Made by a program: the position numbers and the translations under genes. A stretch of 56,994 nucleotides of DNA, taken from contig CALXBV010000083.1 in the NCBI GenBank assembly GCA_944386635.1, positions 1-56,994 of the forward strand, given 5' to 3'. The notes beneath the pieces were generated by a model. The model was not told the origin of the DNA. It ran no database searches and saw only the letters and a list, made by a program, of their open reading frames with translations. Position 1 is the first letter of the stretch, and every line of letters begins with the position of its first letter. The DNA comes from an uncultured Clostridia bacterium. GTDB taxonomy: Bacteria > Bacillota > Clostridia > TANB77 > CAG-465. Shown piece after piece: positions 9,697 to 19,054 of this stretch.

Positions 9697-10485
9697 ATGG
9701 AAGAGAATAATGGAAATTTAAATGATACAAAATCAGGAGAAAATAAAAGAAAAATAAGTAAGATATGGTTAATAATTCTTCTTTTAGTAGCAATATTACT
9801 TATTATTATATTTATAAGGTTATTAAATAATCAATATAATAAAAATGAATATGAATATGATGATAAATATGATAGTGAAGATGAATATAAAAATGAATTT
9901 TTAAATTATAATAAATATGGATATCCAACTATTGATAAACCTATAATATATTTATATCCAGAAGAAGAAACTGAGATTTCAGTTGAATTAGGAAATTCAG
10001 ATAAATTAACAAGTGTATATCCAGAATATAATAATGGATGGACAGTGATCGCATATCCAGATGGAACTTTAGTAGATAAGAAAACAGGAAGAGAATATTA
10101 TTCACTATATTATGAAAGTGAAAATAATAAAATATATAATAAAGATATAAAGGATGGATTCGTTGTAAAGAATGAAGAATTAGTTAAATTCTTAGAGGAA
10201 AAGCTTGATATACTTGGATTAAATGATAAAGAGGCAGAGGAATTTATTATTTATTGGTTACCAAGATTACAACAATATGAGTATGTTTATATTAGATTTC
10301 AAACAATGGAAGAAATAGAAGAGAATATGCCTTTAATACTTAGTCAAGAGCCAGATACTTTAATACGAATTATGATGGAGTGGAAAGGTTTAGATAAGTA
10401 TGTAGATGTAAAAGAACAAGAAATAACTCAAATCAATAGAACTGGTTTTACAGTTGTAGAATGGGGAGGAACAGAAATACAATAA
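9697..10485 (+). CDS. Membrane-anchored conserved hypothetical protein (KPIIYLYP...VVEWGG domain)
   Basis: GAGGTG RBS; one N-terminal TM; blocks IDKPIIYLYP, GWTVIAYPDGTL, EFIIYWLP, PDTLIR, GFTVVEWGG resemble a recurrent uncharacterised domain. Confidence 0.75.
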   Translation: MEENNGNLNDTKSGENKRKISKIWLIILLLVAILLIIIFIRLLNNQYNKNEYEYDDKYDSEDEYKNEFLNYNKYGYPTIDKPIIYLYPEEETEISVELGNSDKLTSVYPEYNNGWTVIAYPDGTLVDKKTGREYYSLYYESENNKIYNKDIKDGFVVKNEELVKFLEEKLDILGLNDKEAEEFIIYWLPRLQQYEYVYIRFQTMEEIEENMPLILSQEPDTLIRIMMEWKGLDKYVDVKEQEITQINRTGFTVVEWGGTEIQ

Positions 10486-10608
10486 ATAAGAATGATAATT
10501 TGAGTATAATAGAAATATTAAGCCTTGTTGTTTATCCTGTTTTATGATATAACATATAGACGAAAAAATTAATGGCTAAGCTAATAAATAATTTTAGGAG
10601 GCGATGTT

Positions 10609-11091
10609 ATGTGTAAAATAGATAAAGACATTTATATAGATGTTGATGGAACTTTAATAAGGAATACTTTTTGTGATGATGGTGTAGGAATTGGACTAAG
10701 AGATAATGCAGTAGAATTTGTAAGATTTTTTGCAGATAATTTTACAAATGTATATTGGTTTAGTACAAATAAAAGATTTTGCCTAAATGGATTTAGAAAA
10801 ATAGCAGGAGAAAAGTTAAATAGTAAAGTTAAATACAAAGAATTTGAATATTCAAAATATGAAATATTAGATTTTTCAAGACCATTCTATATATTTGACG
10901 ATGAGTTAAAATATGACTATTTTAATAGTCATGGCTTTTTAATAGATGAAGCACCTGTATTAGAAAAAGATCCATATAAATCTAAATTAAACCCCAGAAT
11001 TCATATTTTGTATTATATACCATCAGATGCGCCAATGAATTTTTTAAAAAAAGTAATTGAAGATGTAAAGAAAAAAGAAAATATAAAATAA
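10609..11091 (+). CDS. HAD-superfamily hydrolase-like protein
   Basis: Motif I IYIDVDGTL, FCP1/NIF-like LRDNAVEFVRF, motif IV IFDD; AGGAGG RBS. Confidence 0.6.
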   Translation: MCKIDKDIYIDVDGTLIRNTFCDDGVGIGLRDNAVEFVRFFADNFTNVYWFSTNKRFCLNGFRKIAGEKLNSKVKYKEFEYSKYEILDFSRPFYIFDDELKYDYFNSHGFLIDEAPVLEKDPYKSKLNPRIHILYYIPSDAPMNFLKKVIEDVKKKENIK

Positions 11092-11115
11092 GAACGACTT
11101 TTAGTCGTTCTTATT
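11087..11115. terminator. Bidirectional terminator overlapping both convergent stop codons
   Basis: 13-bp stem aataagaacgact-ttt-agtcgttcttatt. Confidence 0.85.
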
Positions 11116-11748
11116 GCATAAATTATTTATTGGACATTCGTCACATTTAGGACGATTAGCTATACATATAGCTCTACCATGAAGTACAAGCACGTGATTT
11201 ATTTTCCCCCAATATTTTTTATTAAAAAGATTTAAAAGATCATTTTCAATTTCAAACTGGTTTTTTCCGTTTGAGAATCCTATTTTTCTAGATATTCTAG
11301 TTACATGTGTATCTACAGCTATTCCTATGATTTTTCCGAAGCATTCTTGAAGAATGATATTTGCAGATTTTCTTCCTATTCCACATAGTTTAGTTAAATT
11401 TTCCATAGTATCTGGAACTATGCCATTGAAGTCATCACAAATAATTCTTGCACTTTCAATAATAGAATGAGCTTTATTTTTGTAAAATCCGCAAGGCTTT
11501 ACTATATTTATTACGTCATTAATATCTGCATTTTTTACATCTTCAATTGTTTTAAATTTATTAAAGAAAATAGGAGTTATTTCATTAACTCTTTTATCTG
11601 TGCATTGTGCGGCAAGAATAAGTGCTACAACTAAAGAAAATGGAGTAGTGTAGTCTAATCCACATTTTGCATCTTTATATTCGTTAATTAATATTTTGAT
11701 TATTTCTTCACTTTGCTTTTTTGTTTGCTTTTTATATTTTTTACTCAC
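11101..11748 (-). CDS. nth: Endonuclease III
   Basis: LILAAQCTDKRVN, HhH LCGIGRKSANI, AVDTHV, 4Fe-4S CIANRPKCDECPINNLC; GTG start after AGGTG. Confidence 0.96.
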   Translation of the reverse strand: MSKKYKKQTKKQSEEIIKILINEYKDAKCGLDYTTPFSLVVALILAAQCTDKRVNEITPIFFNKFKTIEDVKNADINDVINIVKPCGFYKNKAHSIIESARIICDDFNGIVPDTMENLTKLCGIGRKSANIILQECFGKIIGIAVDTHVTRISRKIGFSNGKNQFEIENDLLNLFNKKYWGKINHVLVLHGRAICIANRPKCDECPINNLCNKND

Positions 11749-11781
11749 ATTAATTCACCTAGTTCATAGTATATAGTAGTC

Positions 11782-11810
11782 ATTTTACAACAATTTTTAT
11801 TGTTTGTCAA
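11782..11810 (-). promoter_or_regulatory. SigA promoter of nth
   Basis: Minus strand TTGACA-17 bp-TAAAAT. Confidence 0.7.
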
Positions 11811-11824
11811 AAAGGAGGATAATA

Positions 11825-11977
11825 ATGTTTACAAGTGGATTTAGAAAAACAATAGGGTTATTTTTATTAGCTTTTGGAATAGGAGTAGGAGTGAGTATTG
11901 TTCTTCCTTTTTGGGGCTGGGTAGCAATTTGTGCAATAGCAATAGCTATTTTTGGAATTACATGGCTATTTTGTTAA
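11825..11977 (+). CDS. Small two-TM membrane protein, 50 aa (absent from the ORF track)
   Basis: AAGGAGG RBS; MFTSGFRKTIGLFLLAFGIGVGVSIVLPFWGWVAICAIAIAIFGITWLFC. Confidence 0.75.
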   Translation: MFTSGFRKTIGLFLLAFGIGVGVSIVLPFWGWVAICAIAIAIFGITWLFC

Positions 11978-11991
11978 AGGAGGAATAATAT

Positions 11992-12060
11992 ATGAAAGTA
12001 GTAATATATAAACCTGGAAAATTTATGAAATTGATACTAAAGACTATATTTAAAATATAA
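11992..12060 (+). CDS. spoVM: SpoVM-like 22-aa amphipathic peptide (absent from the ORF track)
   Basis: AAGGAGG RBS; MKVVIYKPGKFMKLILKTIFKI aligns in register with B. subtilis MKFYTIKLPKFLGGIVRAML; convergent with rpmB as in B. subtilis. Confidence 0.65.
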   Translation: MKVVIYKPGKFMKLILKTIFKI

Positions 12061-12135
12061 TTTTTTTTAGAACATGAGTAATAAATATGTGGGAGATATA
12101 ATGATAAAAATATAAAATCATATAAAAATAGTGGT

Positions 12136-12161
12136 AAGAAGAGAAAATTCTCTTCTTTTTT
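12136..12161 (+). terminator. Terminator after the small-ORF operon
   Basis: aagaagagaa-aa-ttctcttctt followed by T residues. Confidence 0.65.
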
Positions 12162-12164
12162 AGT

Positions 12165-12194
12165 AAAAAAAATGAGAAACCATTAAGGTTTCTC
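12165..12194 (-). terminator. Terminator after rpmB
   Basis: gagaaacc...ggtttctc stem with a U tract on the minus strand. Confidence 0.6.
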
Positions 12195-12207
12195 TATATA
12201 TAAATTA

Positions 12208-12393
12208 TTAGACTCTTTCTACTTTTCCACTTCTTAAACATCTAGTGCAAACATTTATTTTCTTTGGTGTTCCGTTAACGTTAACTCTTACTGATTGAAC
12301 ATTAGGTTTAAATGTTCTAGCTGTTCTTCTGTGAGAGTGACTCACTTGTAGTGAATATGTTACATCTTTATCACAAATTTCGCATTTTGCCAT
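12208..12393 (-). CDS. rpmB: 50S ribosomal protein L28 (Zn-binding type)
   Basis: MAKCEIC...VSHSHRRTARTFKPNVQ...VCTRCLRSGKV. Confidence 0.97.
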   Translation of the reverse strand: MAKCEICDKDVTYSLQVSHSHRRTARTFKPNVQSVRVNVNGTPKKINVCTRCLRSGKVERV

Positions 12394-12487
12394 TTTGAAA
12401 GCCCCCCTTTATAAAAAAATAATTCAATTACTCATCTATTTTAACATAATTATATCAAATAATCAAGCAATAAGATGATATTTTAAC

Positions 12488-12524
12488 AAAAAAATAAGGT
12501 AATTTATAAAAATCACCTTATTTT
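12488..12524 (-). terminator. Terminator after pyk
   Basis: aaaataaggt...accttatttt. Confidence 0.65.
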
Positions 12525-12533
12525 ATATATAAT

Positions 12534-13988
12534 TTATACTCTTACTATTTTACCAGTAATTTGATCTTGTAAAGAGCTACCATTTAAGAATCCACCACTT
12601 AAAACTATTGTATCGTTAGTCTTTAGGTATCCTTTTTCTTTTAATATATTCAATCCTTTATCTAATAGAGTATTAAGGTTAGTTTCTCCTTCAATAAGTA
12701 TAGGAGTAACGTTTTGCTCAATTGCCATGTGTCTGTATGCTTTAACACTTGGTGTTATTGCATATATAGGACATCCAATTCTAAAGCTTGATAGAATTGA
12801 AGCAGTCTCGCCAGTTTCAGAAACAGCAACTACAGCACTTGCATCTGAAAATAGTGCTGAGCAACAAACAGAAAAGTTTGCTTGTCTTTTTAAATCTTTT
12901 TCTTCAACTTTTTGATCTGAAGAGCAAGCTTTATTTAAGTTATATTTTTTAAATCTTTTCCAGTAATTTATATCTTTTTCTGTAGCATTTGCTATTTTAG
13001 TCATAGTCTCAACACAATTTAAAGGATAATCTCCTTGTGCAGATTCTCCAGAAAGCATTATTGCAGAAGTACCATCATATATAGCATTAGCAACATCTGA
13101 TACTTCAGCTCTTGTAGGTCTTGGATTCTTTTGCATAGACTCTAGCATTTGAGTAGCAGTTACCACTGGTTTTCCAGCTTTAATACATTTTTTAATCATC
13201 ATTTTTTGAGCAGCTGGTACATTTTCTTCAGGTATTTCAACACCTAAATCACCACGTGCAACCATTATACCATCTGTAACTTTTAATATTTCATCAAAAT
13301 TATCTAAACCTTCTTGATTTTCAATTTTAGAAATAATTTTTATTGAATTCTTTCCACAAGAGTTAAGATATTCTCTCATATCAATTACATCTTGAGCTTT
13401 TCTAATAAATGATGCAGCTATAAAATCAAAATCATTTTCAACGGCAAATCTTAAATCGGCTTTATCCTTTTCTGTCATAGCTTTTAATTGTAATTTAGCT
13501 CCAGGAACATTAACTCCACGTCTTCCTTTTAATACAGCTGAGTTTTGGAATGTACATTTTATTTCATCTCCAGAAATCTCATCTATTAATAAATCTACAA
13601 GACCATCATCAATTAAAATATGTCCACCAACTTCAACATCTTGTGGTAAGCCCTTGTAACTTACAGATAGAAGATCTTTAGTACCTTCAACATCTTTAGT
13701 TGTAAGTGTTATTTTATCTCCTTTTGTAAAGCTTACACGAGTGTTTTGGTCACTTCCAAAAGATCCAGTTCTAATTTCTGGTCCTTTAGTATCTAGCATA
13801 AAAGCTACATTTGTTCCAAGTTCTGCATTAATTTCTCTTAATGTTTTTACTTTTGCTAAATGTTCAGCATGATCACCATGAGAAAAGTTTAATCTCATTA
13901 CATTCATTCCAGCTTTGATAAGTGAAGTTAGAACTTCTTTGCTTTCACTAGCTGGTCCAATTGTACAAACAATTTTTGTTCTTTTCAT
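12534..13988 (-). CDS. pyk: Pyruvate kinase
   Basis: KRTKIVCTIGPAS, RLNFSHG, LDTKGPEIRTG, IISKIEN, MVARGDLGVE, ATQMLESM, MLSGESA. Confidence 0.98.
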   Translation of the reverse strand: MKRTKIVCTIGPASESKEVLTSLIKAGMNVMRLNFSHGDHAEHLAKVKTLREINAELGTNVAFMLDTKGPEIRTGSFGSDQNTRVSFTKGDKITLTTKDVEGTKDLLSVSYKGLPQDVEVGGHILIDDGLVDLLIDEISGDEIKCTFQNSAVLKGRRGVNVPGAKLQLKAMTEKDKADLRFAVENDFDFIAASFIRKAQDVIDMREYLNSCGKNSIKIISKIENQEGLDNFDEILKVTDGIMVARGDLGVEIPEENVPAAQKMMIKKCIKAGKPVVTATQMLESMQKNPRPTRAEVSDVANAIYDGTSAIMLSGESAQGDYPLNCVETMTKIANATEKDINYWKRFKKYNLNKACSSDQKVEEKDLKRQANFSVCCSALFSDASAVVAVSETGETASILSSFRIGCPIYAITPSVKAYRHMAIEQNVTPILIEGETNLNTLLDKGLNILKEKGYLKTNDTIVLSGGFLNGSSLQDQITGKIVRV

Positions 13989-14064
13989 TCTTTACATCTC
14001 CTTAAAATAAAATTTGCAAAATATAAAAATTATTACACTAAATATTTTGCCTAATGCAATTACT

Positions 14065-14093
14065 AGTATACATTTTTAATCTATAAAAGTCAA
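14065..14093 (-). promoter_or_regulatory. SigA promoter of pyk
   Basis: Minus strand TTGACT-17 bp-TATACT. Confidence 0.65.
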
Positions 14094-14145
14094 TATTTAT
14101 TGTGCAAAAAATGGAAAAAAAAGGCAATCTTAATTATAATAAAAC

Positions 14146-14174
14146 TTGAAAAATTAACATAAATAATGTATAAT
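14146..14174 (+). promoter_or_regulatory. SigA promoter of the mntR-like/hypothetical/mnmA operon
   Basis: TTGAAA-17 bp-TATAAT. Confidence 0.65.
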
Positions 14175-14202
14175 ATTAAACATAATGTAAAAGGGAGATT
14201 AG

Positions 14203-14646
14203 ATGATGACAGCATCTTTAGAAGAGTATTTAAAAACAATATATATTTTATATAATAAAAAATCAATTGCTCGTGTAACAGATATTGCTTTAGAAATGAA
14301 ATGTACAAAGCCAAGTGTTAATAGAGCTTTAAAGGTATTAAAAGAGGAAGGATATATCGATTATAAAGCATATGGAAGTATACATATGACTAGAAATGGT
14401 GAAGACCTTGCAAAAAAAATAATAAGATCACAGATTGCTATTGAGTCTTTTTTAACAGACATTTTAAAAGTAGATGAAAATGTGGCAAAAGAAGAGGCAA
14501 AGATTATGAGGTATGCAGTTTCTGAAGATACTATAAAAAAATTTGAGGATTATGCTAAAAAATTTATAAATATAGAAGAAAAAGAATGTAGCTTATATGA
14601 TCCACAAAATGAAAGATGTATAAATTGCAAAAAACGCAAAAAATAA
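14203..14646 (+). CDS. DtxR/MntR-family metal-dependent transcriptional regulator
   Basis: SLEEYLKTIY, ARVTDIA, KPSVNRALKVLKEEGYI, A..EA..M...VS dimerisation block. Confidence 0.88.
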   Translation: MMTASLEEYLKTIYILYNKKSIARVTDIALEMKCTKPSVNRALKVLKEEGYIDYKAYGSIHMTRNGEDLAKKIIRSQIAIESFLTDILKVDENVAKEEAKIMRYAVSEDTIKKFEDYAKKFINIEEKECSLYDPQNERCINCKKRKK

Positions 14647-14672
14647 AATAAGTAGTTATAGAGGTGCTAAAA

Positions 14673-16223
14673 ATGGAAAGTAATATATTTTTTTTGGATT
14701 TGAATTTTTTAGATAAAAAAGGCGATGATAAGTTAAAAAAATTTGCAAAAGATGAAGAACTAGATGAAAAAGATATAATAAAAATAATATATAATGAAGC
14801 AAATAGAATAGGAATAAAGGATAAGGTAAAAGTAACATTTAAAATTGTTGATCCAAAAGAAGGAAGTTTTAGAGTTATAGTAGAGCCTTCATATGTAAAA
14901 TATAAAGGTGTAGTTATATATCCTTTTGATACAATAAAATCACAAGATTTTGAATTACCATTAGATATTGTATGTGGAAAGGTTACATTATATAATAAAA
15001 AAGATGTATTAAAAAATATTAGTGTGACTATAGATTATGTGGCTTTAGACTTATTTGCTATGACATATAAAAAAGCAAAAGATTTTTTAATTAATATAAG
15101 TGATAGAAAAGGAAAAAATGGATATATAGATTTAAAAGATTCTATTTGCTTTAAACAATATGGTATAAAATTAAATGCTAAAAAAGATAAAAATGGAAAT
15201 GTTTTAGAAAATAGTCTTGTAAATAGTATTGATGTTTATAATGAAGAAGAATTTTTTAAAGAATTTCATTTTAAAGAAGAGCAAAAACAAGAAGAAAAAT
15301 ACGATGTAAATATCCCTATGAGTATTGATATAGAATCAAGTGTAAAAGAAAGTGATAGTGATAAGAAAGAAAAATCAGCTACATCAATAGCAATAGATAA
15401 TAATCCGGATATTGAAATAGAAATTCCTATAGAAGAAACTAAAAAAGTAAATGATGTGAAAACTAATGATATAAAAAATGATGTTAAAGAAGATAAGAAG
15501 GAAGAAATAAAAAAAGAAAATGTTAATGTAGATGCAAAAGCAAAAGAAGAATTAAATCTTACAAACCAACAAGTAGAAGTGGTTAAAGATAAAGATAAAG
15601 AAGACATAAAAGAATTAGAAAAGTTGTTTGAAGAAGAAAGAAAACAACAGCAGATTCTTGAAGAGAGAATAAAGGCTAAACTAGAAGAACTAAAAAGTAA
15701 AATACAACAAAAAGAAGAAAAAGTTATAGAAACTGTAAGTGTAATGGAGCCAGAAAATTATAAAGCTTATGAAATAGAAAGTTATAAAGGTATAAAAGAA
15801 AAAGGGAAAAGTGATTTATGTGTATTTTTTGGGCAAAGTAAAAATGATGTAAGAAAATATTTTGGAGGTATGCCAAAAGAAATTAGAGAATATGAAGAAA
15901 TGGAAATATATGATATTTTCTATGCCTATTATGATGAAGATGATACATGTACTGGTATAGGAATATATAATCAAGACTTTTATAAAGATAAAGTAGCATT
16001 ATATTTTGAAAACGAAAATTTAATTACAATGACTTATTCTCAAATAGTAAGTTTGCTTAAAAAATATGATTACAATACAATAGAAGATGAAGATGGAATA
16101 ATATCTTTAAAATATGGAATATCTGTTGATCCACAAGAATGTGATGATTTCCAAAATAAAATATGTGAGGTAATACATATATTTAAAAAAGGATATTATG
16201 ACGCTGTATATGAGAATGTATAA
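14673..16223 (+). CDS. Hypothetical protein: two globular domains joined by an acidic/lysine-rich linker and coiled coil
   Basis: Long ORF; ATG 14673 follows GAGGTG; co-transcribed between the regulator and mnmA. Confidence 0.7.
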   Translation: MESNIFFLDLNFLDKKGDDKLKKFAKDEELDEKDIIKIIYNEANRIGIKDKVKVTFKIVDPKEGSFRVIVEPSYVKYKGVVIYPFDTIKSQDFELPLDIVCGKVTLYNKKDVLKNISVTIDYVALDLFAMTYKKAKDFLINISDRKGKNGYIDLKDSICFKQYGIKLNAKKDKNGNVLENSLVNSIDVYNEEEFFKEFHFKEEQKQEEKYDVNIPMSIDIESSVKESDSDKKEKSATSIAIDNNPDIEIEIPIEETKKVNDVKTNDIKNDVKEDKKEEIKKENVNVDAKAKEELNLTNQQVEVVKDKDKEDIKELEKLFEEERKQQQILEERIKAKLEELKSKIQQKEEKVIETVSVMEPENYKAYEIESYKGIKEKGKSDLCVFFGQSKNDVRKYFGGMPKEIREYEEMEIYDIFYAYYDEDDTCTGIGIYNQDFYKDKVALYFENENLITMTYSQIVSLLKKYDYNTIEDEDGIISLKYGISVDPQECDDFQNKICEVIHIFKKGYYDAVYENV

Positions 16224-16226
16224 GGA

Positions 16227-17285
16227 GTGATTATGAAAAAAAAGAGAGTTTTACTTGGAATGAGTGGTGGAGTTGATAGTAGTGTCTCAGCACTACTATT
16301 ACAAAGACAAGGATATGAAGTGATTGGAATTACTATGCTTTTATGTTCTGGAGAAGATACTCAGGCAATACAGGATGCTAAAGATATATGTAAAAAACTA
16401 AATATAGAGCATTATGTTTATGATTTACAAAAAGAGTTTAGAGAGAATGTAATAAATGATTTTATAAAGAAGTATGAAGAATGTCTAACTCCAAATCCAT
16501 GTATAAAATGTAATAAATATATGAAGTTTGGTTATATGTATCAAAAAGCAAAAGAATTAAATTGTGAATATATAGCAACCGGACATTATGCAAAAGTTGA
16601 ATATAGCGACAAATATAATAAATATGTTATAAAAAAATCAAATGCTGGCAAAAAAGACCAGACATATGTACTTTATAGCATACCTAGCAAACTAGTTTCA
16701 CATATATTATTTCCTTTGTCAGAATTTTCATCTAAGGATGAAATAAGAAAAATTGCAAAAGAAAACAATTTAGTTACTGCAAATAAACCTGATAGTCAAG
16801 AAATTTGCTTTGTACCTAATAATGATTACGTTACTTTTTTGGAAAAACATAATATCCAAGGTATGAAATATGGAAAAATTATAGATAAAGATGGAAATAT
16901 ATTAGGAAAACATAAGGGACTGCATAGGTATACTATTGGTCAAAGAAGAGGAATGGGAATATCTAGTGATACACCTTTATATGTATTAAAATTAGATAAG
17001 AAAAAAAATCAGCTTATTGTTGGAAAAGAAGAAGAATTATATACAGATACAGTATTGGTGAATGAAATAAATTGTATTTTATTTGATAAATTTACAGATG
17101 GAATGGAAGTATTAGCTAAAATTAGATATTCATCAGAACCTAAAGAAGCTATGATTCATTTAAATAAAGATAATACATTAACAGTAGTATTTAAAGAAAA
17201 AGTAAGAGCTGTAACACCAGGACAAGCAATAGTATTTTATATAGATGATATATTAGTAGGTGGTGGCCAAATAATAAGTAAATAA
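16227..17285 (+). CDS. mnmA: tRNA-specific 2-thiouridylase
   Basis: GMSGGVDSSV, TPNPCIKCN, ATGHYA, KKDQTY, DSQEICF, YTIGQRRG, VTPGQAIV. Confidence 0.97.
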   Translation: MIMKKKRVLLGMSGGVDSSVSALLLQRQGYEVIGITMLLCSGEDTQAIQDAKDICKKLNIEHYVYDLQKEFRENVINDFIKKYEECLTPNPCIKCNKYMKFGYMYQKAKELNCEYIATGHYAKVEYSDKYNKYVIKKSNAGKKDQTYVLYSIPSKLVSHILFPLSEFSSKDEIRKIAKENNLVTANKPDSQEICFVPNNDYVTFLEKHNIQGMKYGKIIDKDGNILGKHKGLHRYTIGQRRGMGISSDTPLYVLKLDKKKNQLIVGKEEELYTDTVLVNEINCILFDKFTDGMEVLAKIRYSSEPKEAMIHLNKDNTLTVVFKEKVRAVTPGQAIVFYIDDILVGGGQIISK

Positions 17286-17315
17286 AATGGTGACTTAAAT
17301 GGTCACTATTTTTTT
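17284..17315 (+). terminator. Terminator after mnmA
   Basis: atggtgac...gtcactat followed by a T tract. Confidence 0.65.
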
Positions 17316-17345
17316 GTACAAAAAATGGAAAGTTTTGTATTTTTA

Positions 17346-17373
17346 TCATAATTACCTCAGTATAGAATATATT
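17346..17373 (+). promoter_or_regulatory. Possible SigE-type promoter of spoIVA
   Basis: TCATAAT...AATATATT loosely matches the SigE -35/-10 elements; a weak match in an AT-rich context. Confidence 0.3.
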
Positions 17374-17402
17374 TGTATTAAAGTTATCTTTGGAGGTAAA
17401 AA

Positions 17403-18881
17403 ATGAAGGATATAGAAATATATAAAGATATATCAAAAAGAACAAATGGTGATATATATATTGGAGTTGTAGGTCCAGTTAGAACAGGAAAGTCTACTTT
17501 TATAAAAAATTTTATGGAGAGCTTTGTTATTCCTAATATAGAAAATGAATATAAAAAAGATAGGGCAATGGACGAATTGCCACAAAGTGCATCTGGAAAA
17601 ACTATAATGACTACAGAGCCTAAATTTGTACCAAACGAATCTGTTGAAATATGTTTGGATAATAATGTAAGATTTAAAACTAGACTTGTAGACTGCGTGG
17701 GATATTTAGTGGAAGGAGCTGTAGGCCATTTAGAAAATGACATGCCAAGAATGGTAAAGACACCTTGGTCACAAGAAGAAATTCCTTTTTCAAGAGCAGC
17801 AGAGATTGGTACAAAAAAGGTAATTAATGATCATTCGACAATTGGAATAGTGGTCACAACAGATGGTAGTATCACAGATATTCCTAGAGAAAATTATGTT
17901 GAGGCAGAAGAAAGAGTAATAAGAGAATTAAAACAAATAAATAAGCCTTATGTTGTTTTATTAAATTCTACAAAGCCAAATAGTAAAGAGGCAAAAAGTT
18001 TAGAAAAAGAGCTTTCTGAAAAATATAATTCTAGGGTAATTAGTGTTGATATAGAAAATATGGGAGAAGATGATTTTACAAATATATTTGAGCGTGTACT
18101 TGAGGAATTCCCAGTAAGTGAAATAGGTTTTGATTTACCTGATTGGTTTAGCATATTAGATTTAGATCATTGGCTAAAGCAAGATGTTATAAATATAGTT
18201 AAAGAAAAATTTGACGATAATTATTCTATAAGAGAAATAAATGATATTTTAAATGATATTAATAAAAATGAAATATTTGATAAGGTATTTTTAAAAGATG
18301 CTAATATGTAAGATGGAAGAGTAAAAGTAGAGATGAATATTACACCTGATGTCTTTTATAGAATACTTACAGAAGAATCGAATTTTGAAGTAAAATCTGA
18401 TGCGGACATATTTACATTGCTTAGAAAATTTGCACAAGCAAAAGCGGATTATGATAAGATAGCAATGGCAATGGAAGAAGTAAAAGTTAAAGGATACGGA
18501 ATAATAACTCCTGGAATAGATGAATTAAAATTAGAAGAGCCTGAGATAGTAAAACAAGGTAATAAGTATGGTGTAAAATTAAAAGCATCAGCTCCATCAA
18601 TTCATATGATTAGAGCAGATATAGAAACGGAAGTATCTCCAATAGTAGGTAGTGAAAAGCAATCAGAAGATTTAGTAAAATATTTATTATCTGAGTTTGA
18701 AAATGATCCAAAGAAGATATGGGAGTCTAATATATTTGGAAAATCTTTACATGAACTTGTAAATGAAGGTCTTCATAATAAATTATATAAAATGCCGGAT
18801 GAAGCACAAATGAAGTTGCAAGAAACACTACAAAAAATTATAAATGAAGGAAGTGGTGGCCTAATTTGTATAATATTATAG
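17403..18881 (+). pseudogene. spoIVA: Stage IV sporulation protein A interrupted by an in-frame TAA (18309-18311)
   Basis: ORFs 17403-18311 and 18333-18881 share one frame; P-loop GVVGPVRTGKSTF, DELPQSASGKTIMTTEPKF, C-terminal EGSGGLICIIL; junction reads NM*DGRVKVEM. Confidence 0.9.
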
Positions 18882-18885
18882 TAAG

Positions 18886-18923
18886 AAAAGATGAATTTTG
18901 TAAAACACATAATTCATCTTTTT
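18886..18923 (+). terminator. Terminator after spoIVA
   Basis: aaaagatgaatt...aattcatctttt. Confidence 0.7.
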
Positions 18924-19009
18924 AATATAGATATTATAATTGTTTAAAAATCCAATTTAATAAGTAATAAGCTGTATAATTTAAATTGTACCAAAAGTCT
19001 TATATTTTC

Positions 19010-19037
19010 TTGACAATTGGCAAATAAATGGTAAAAT
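19010..19037 (+). promoter_or_regulatory. SigA promoter of the pyruvyl-transferase-like gene
   Basis: TTGACA-16 bp-TAAAAT with extended TG. Confidence 0.6.
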
Positions 19038-19054
19038 GTAATAAATAAAGAGGG

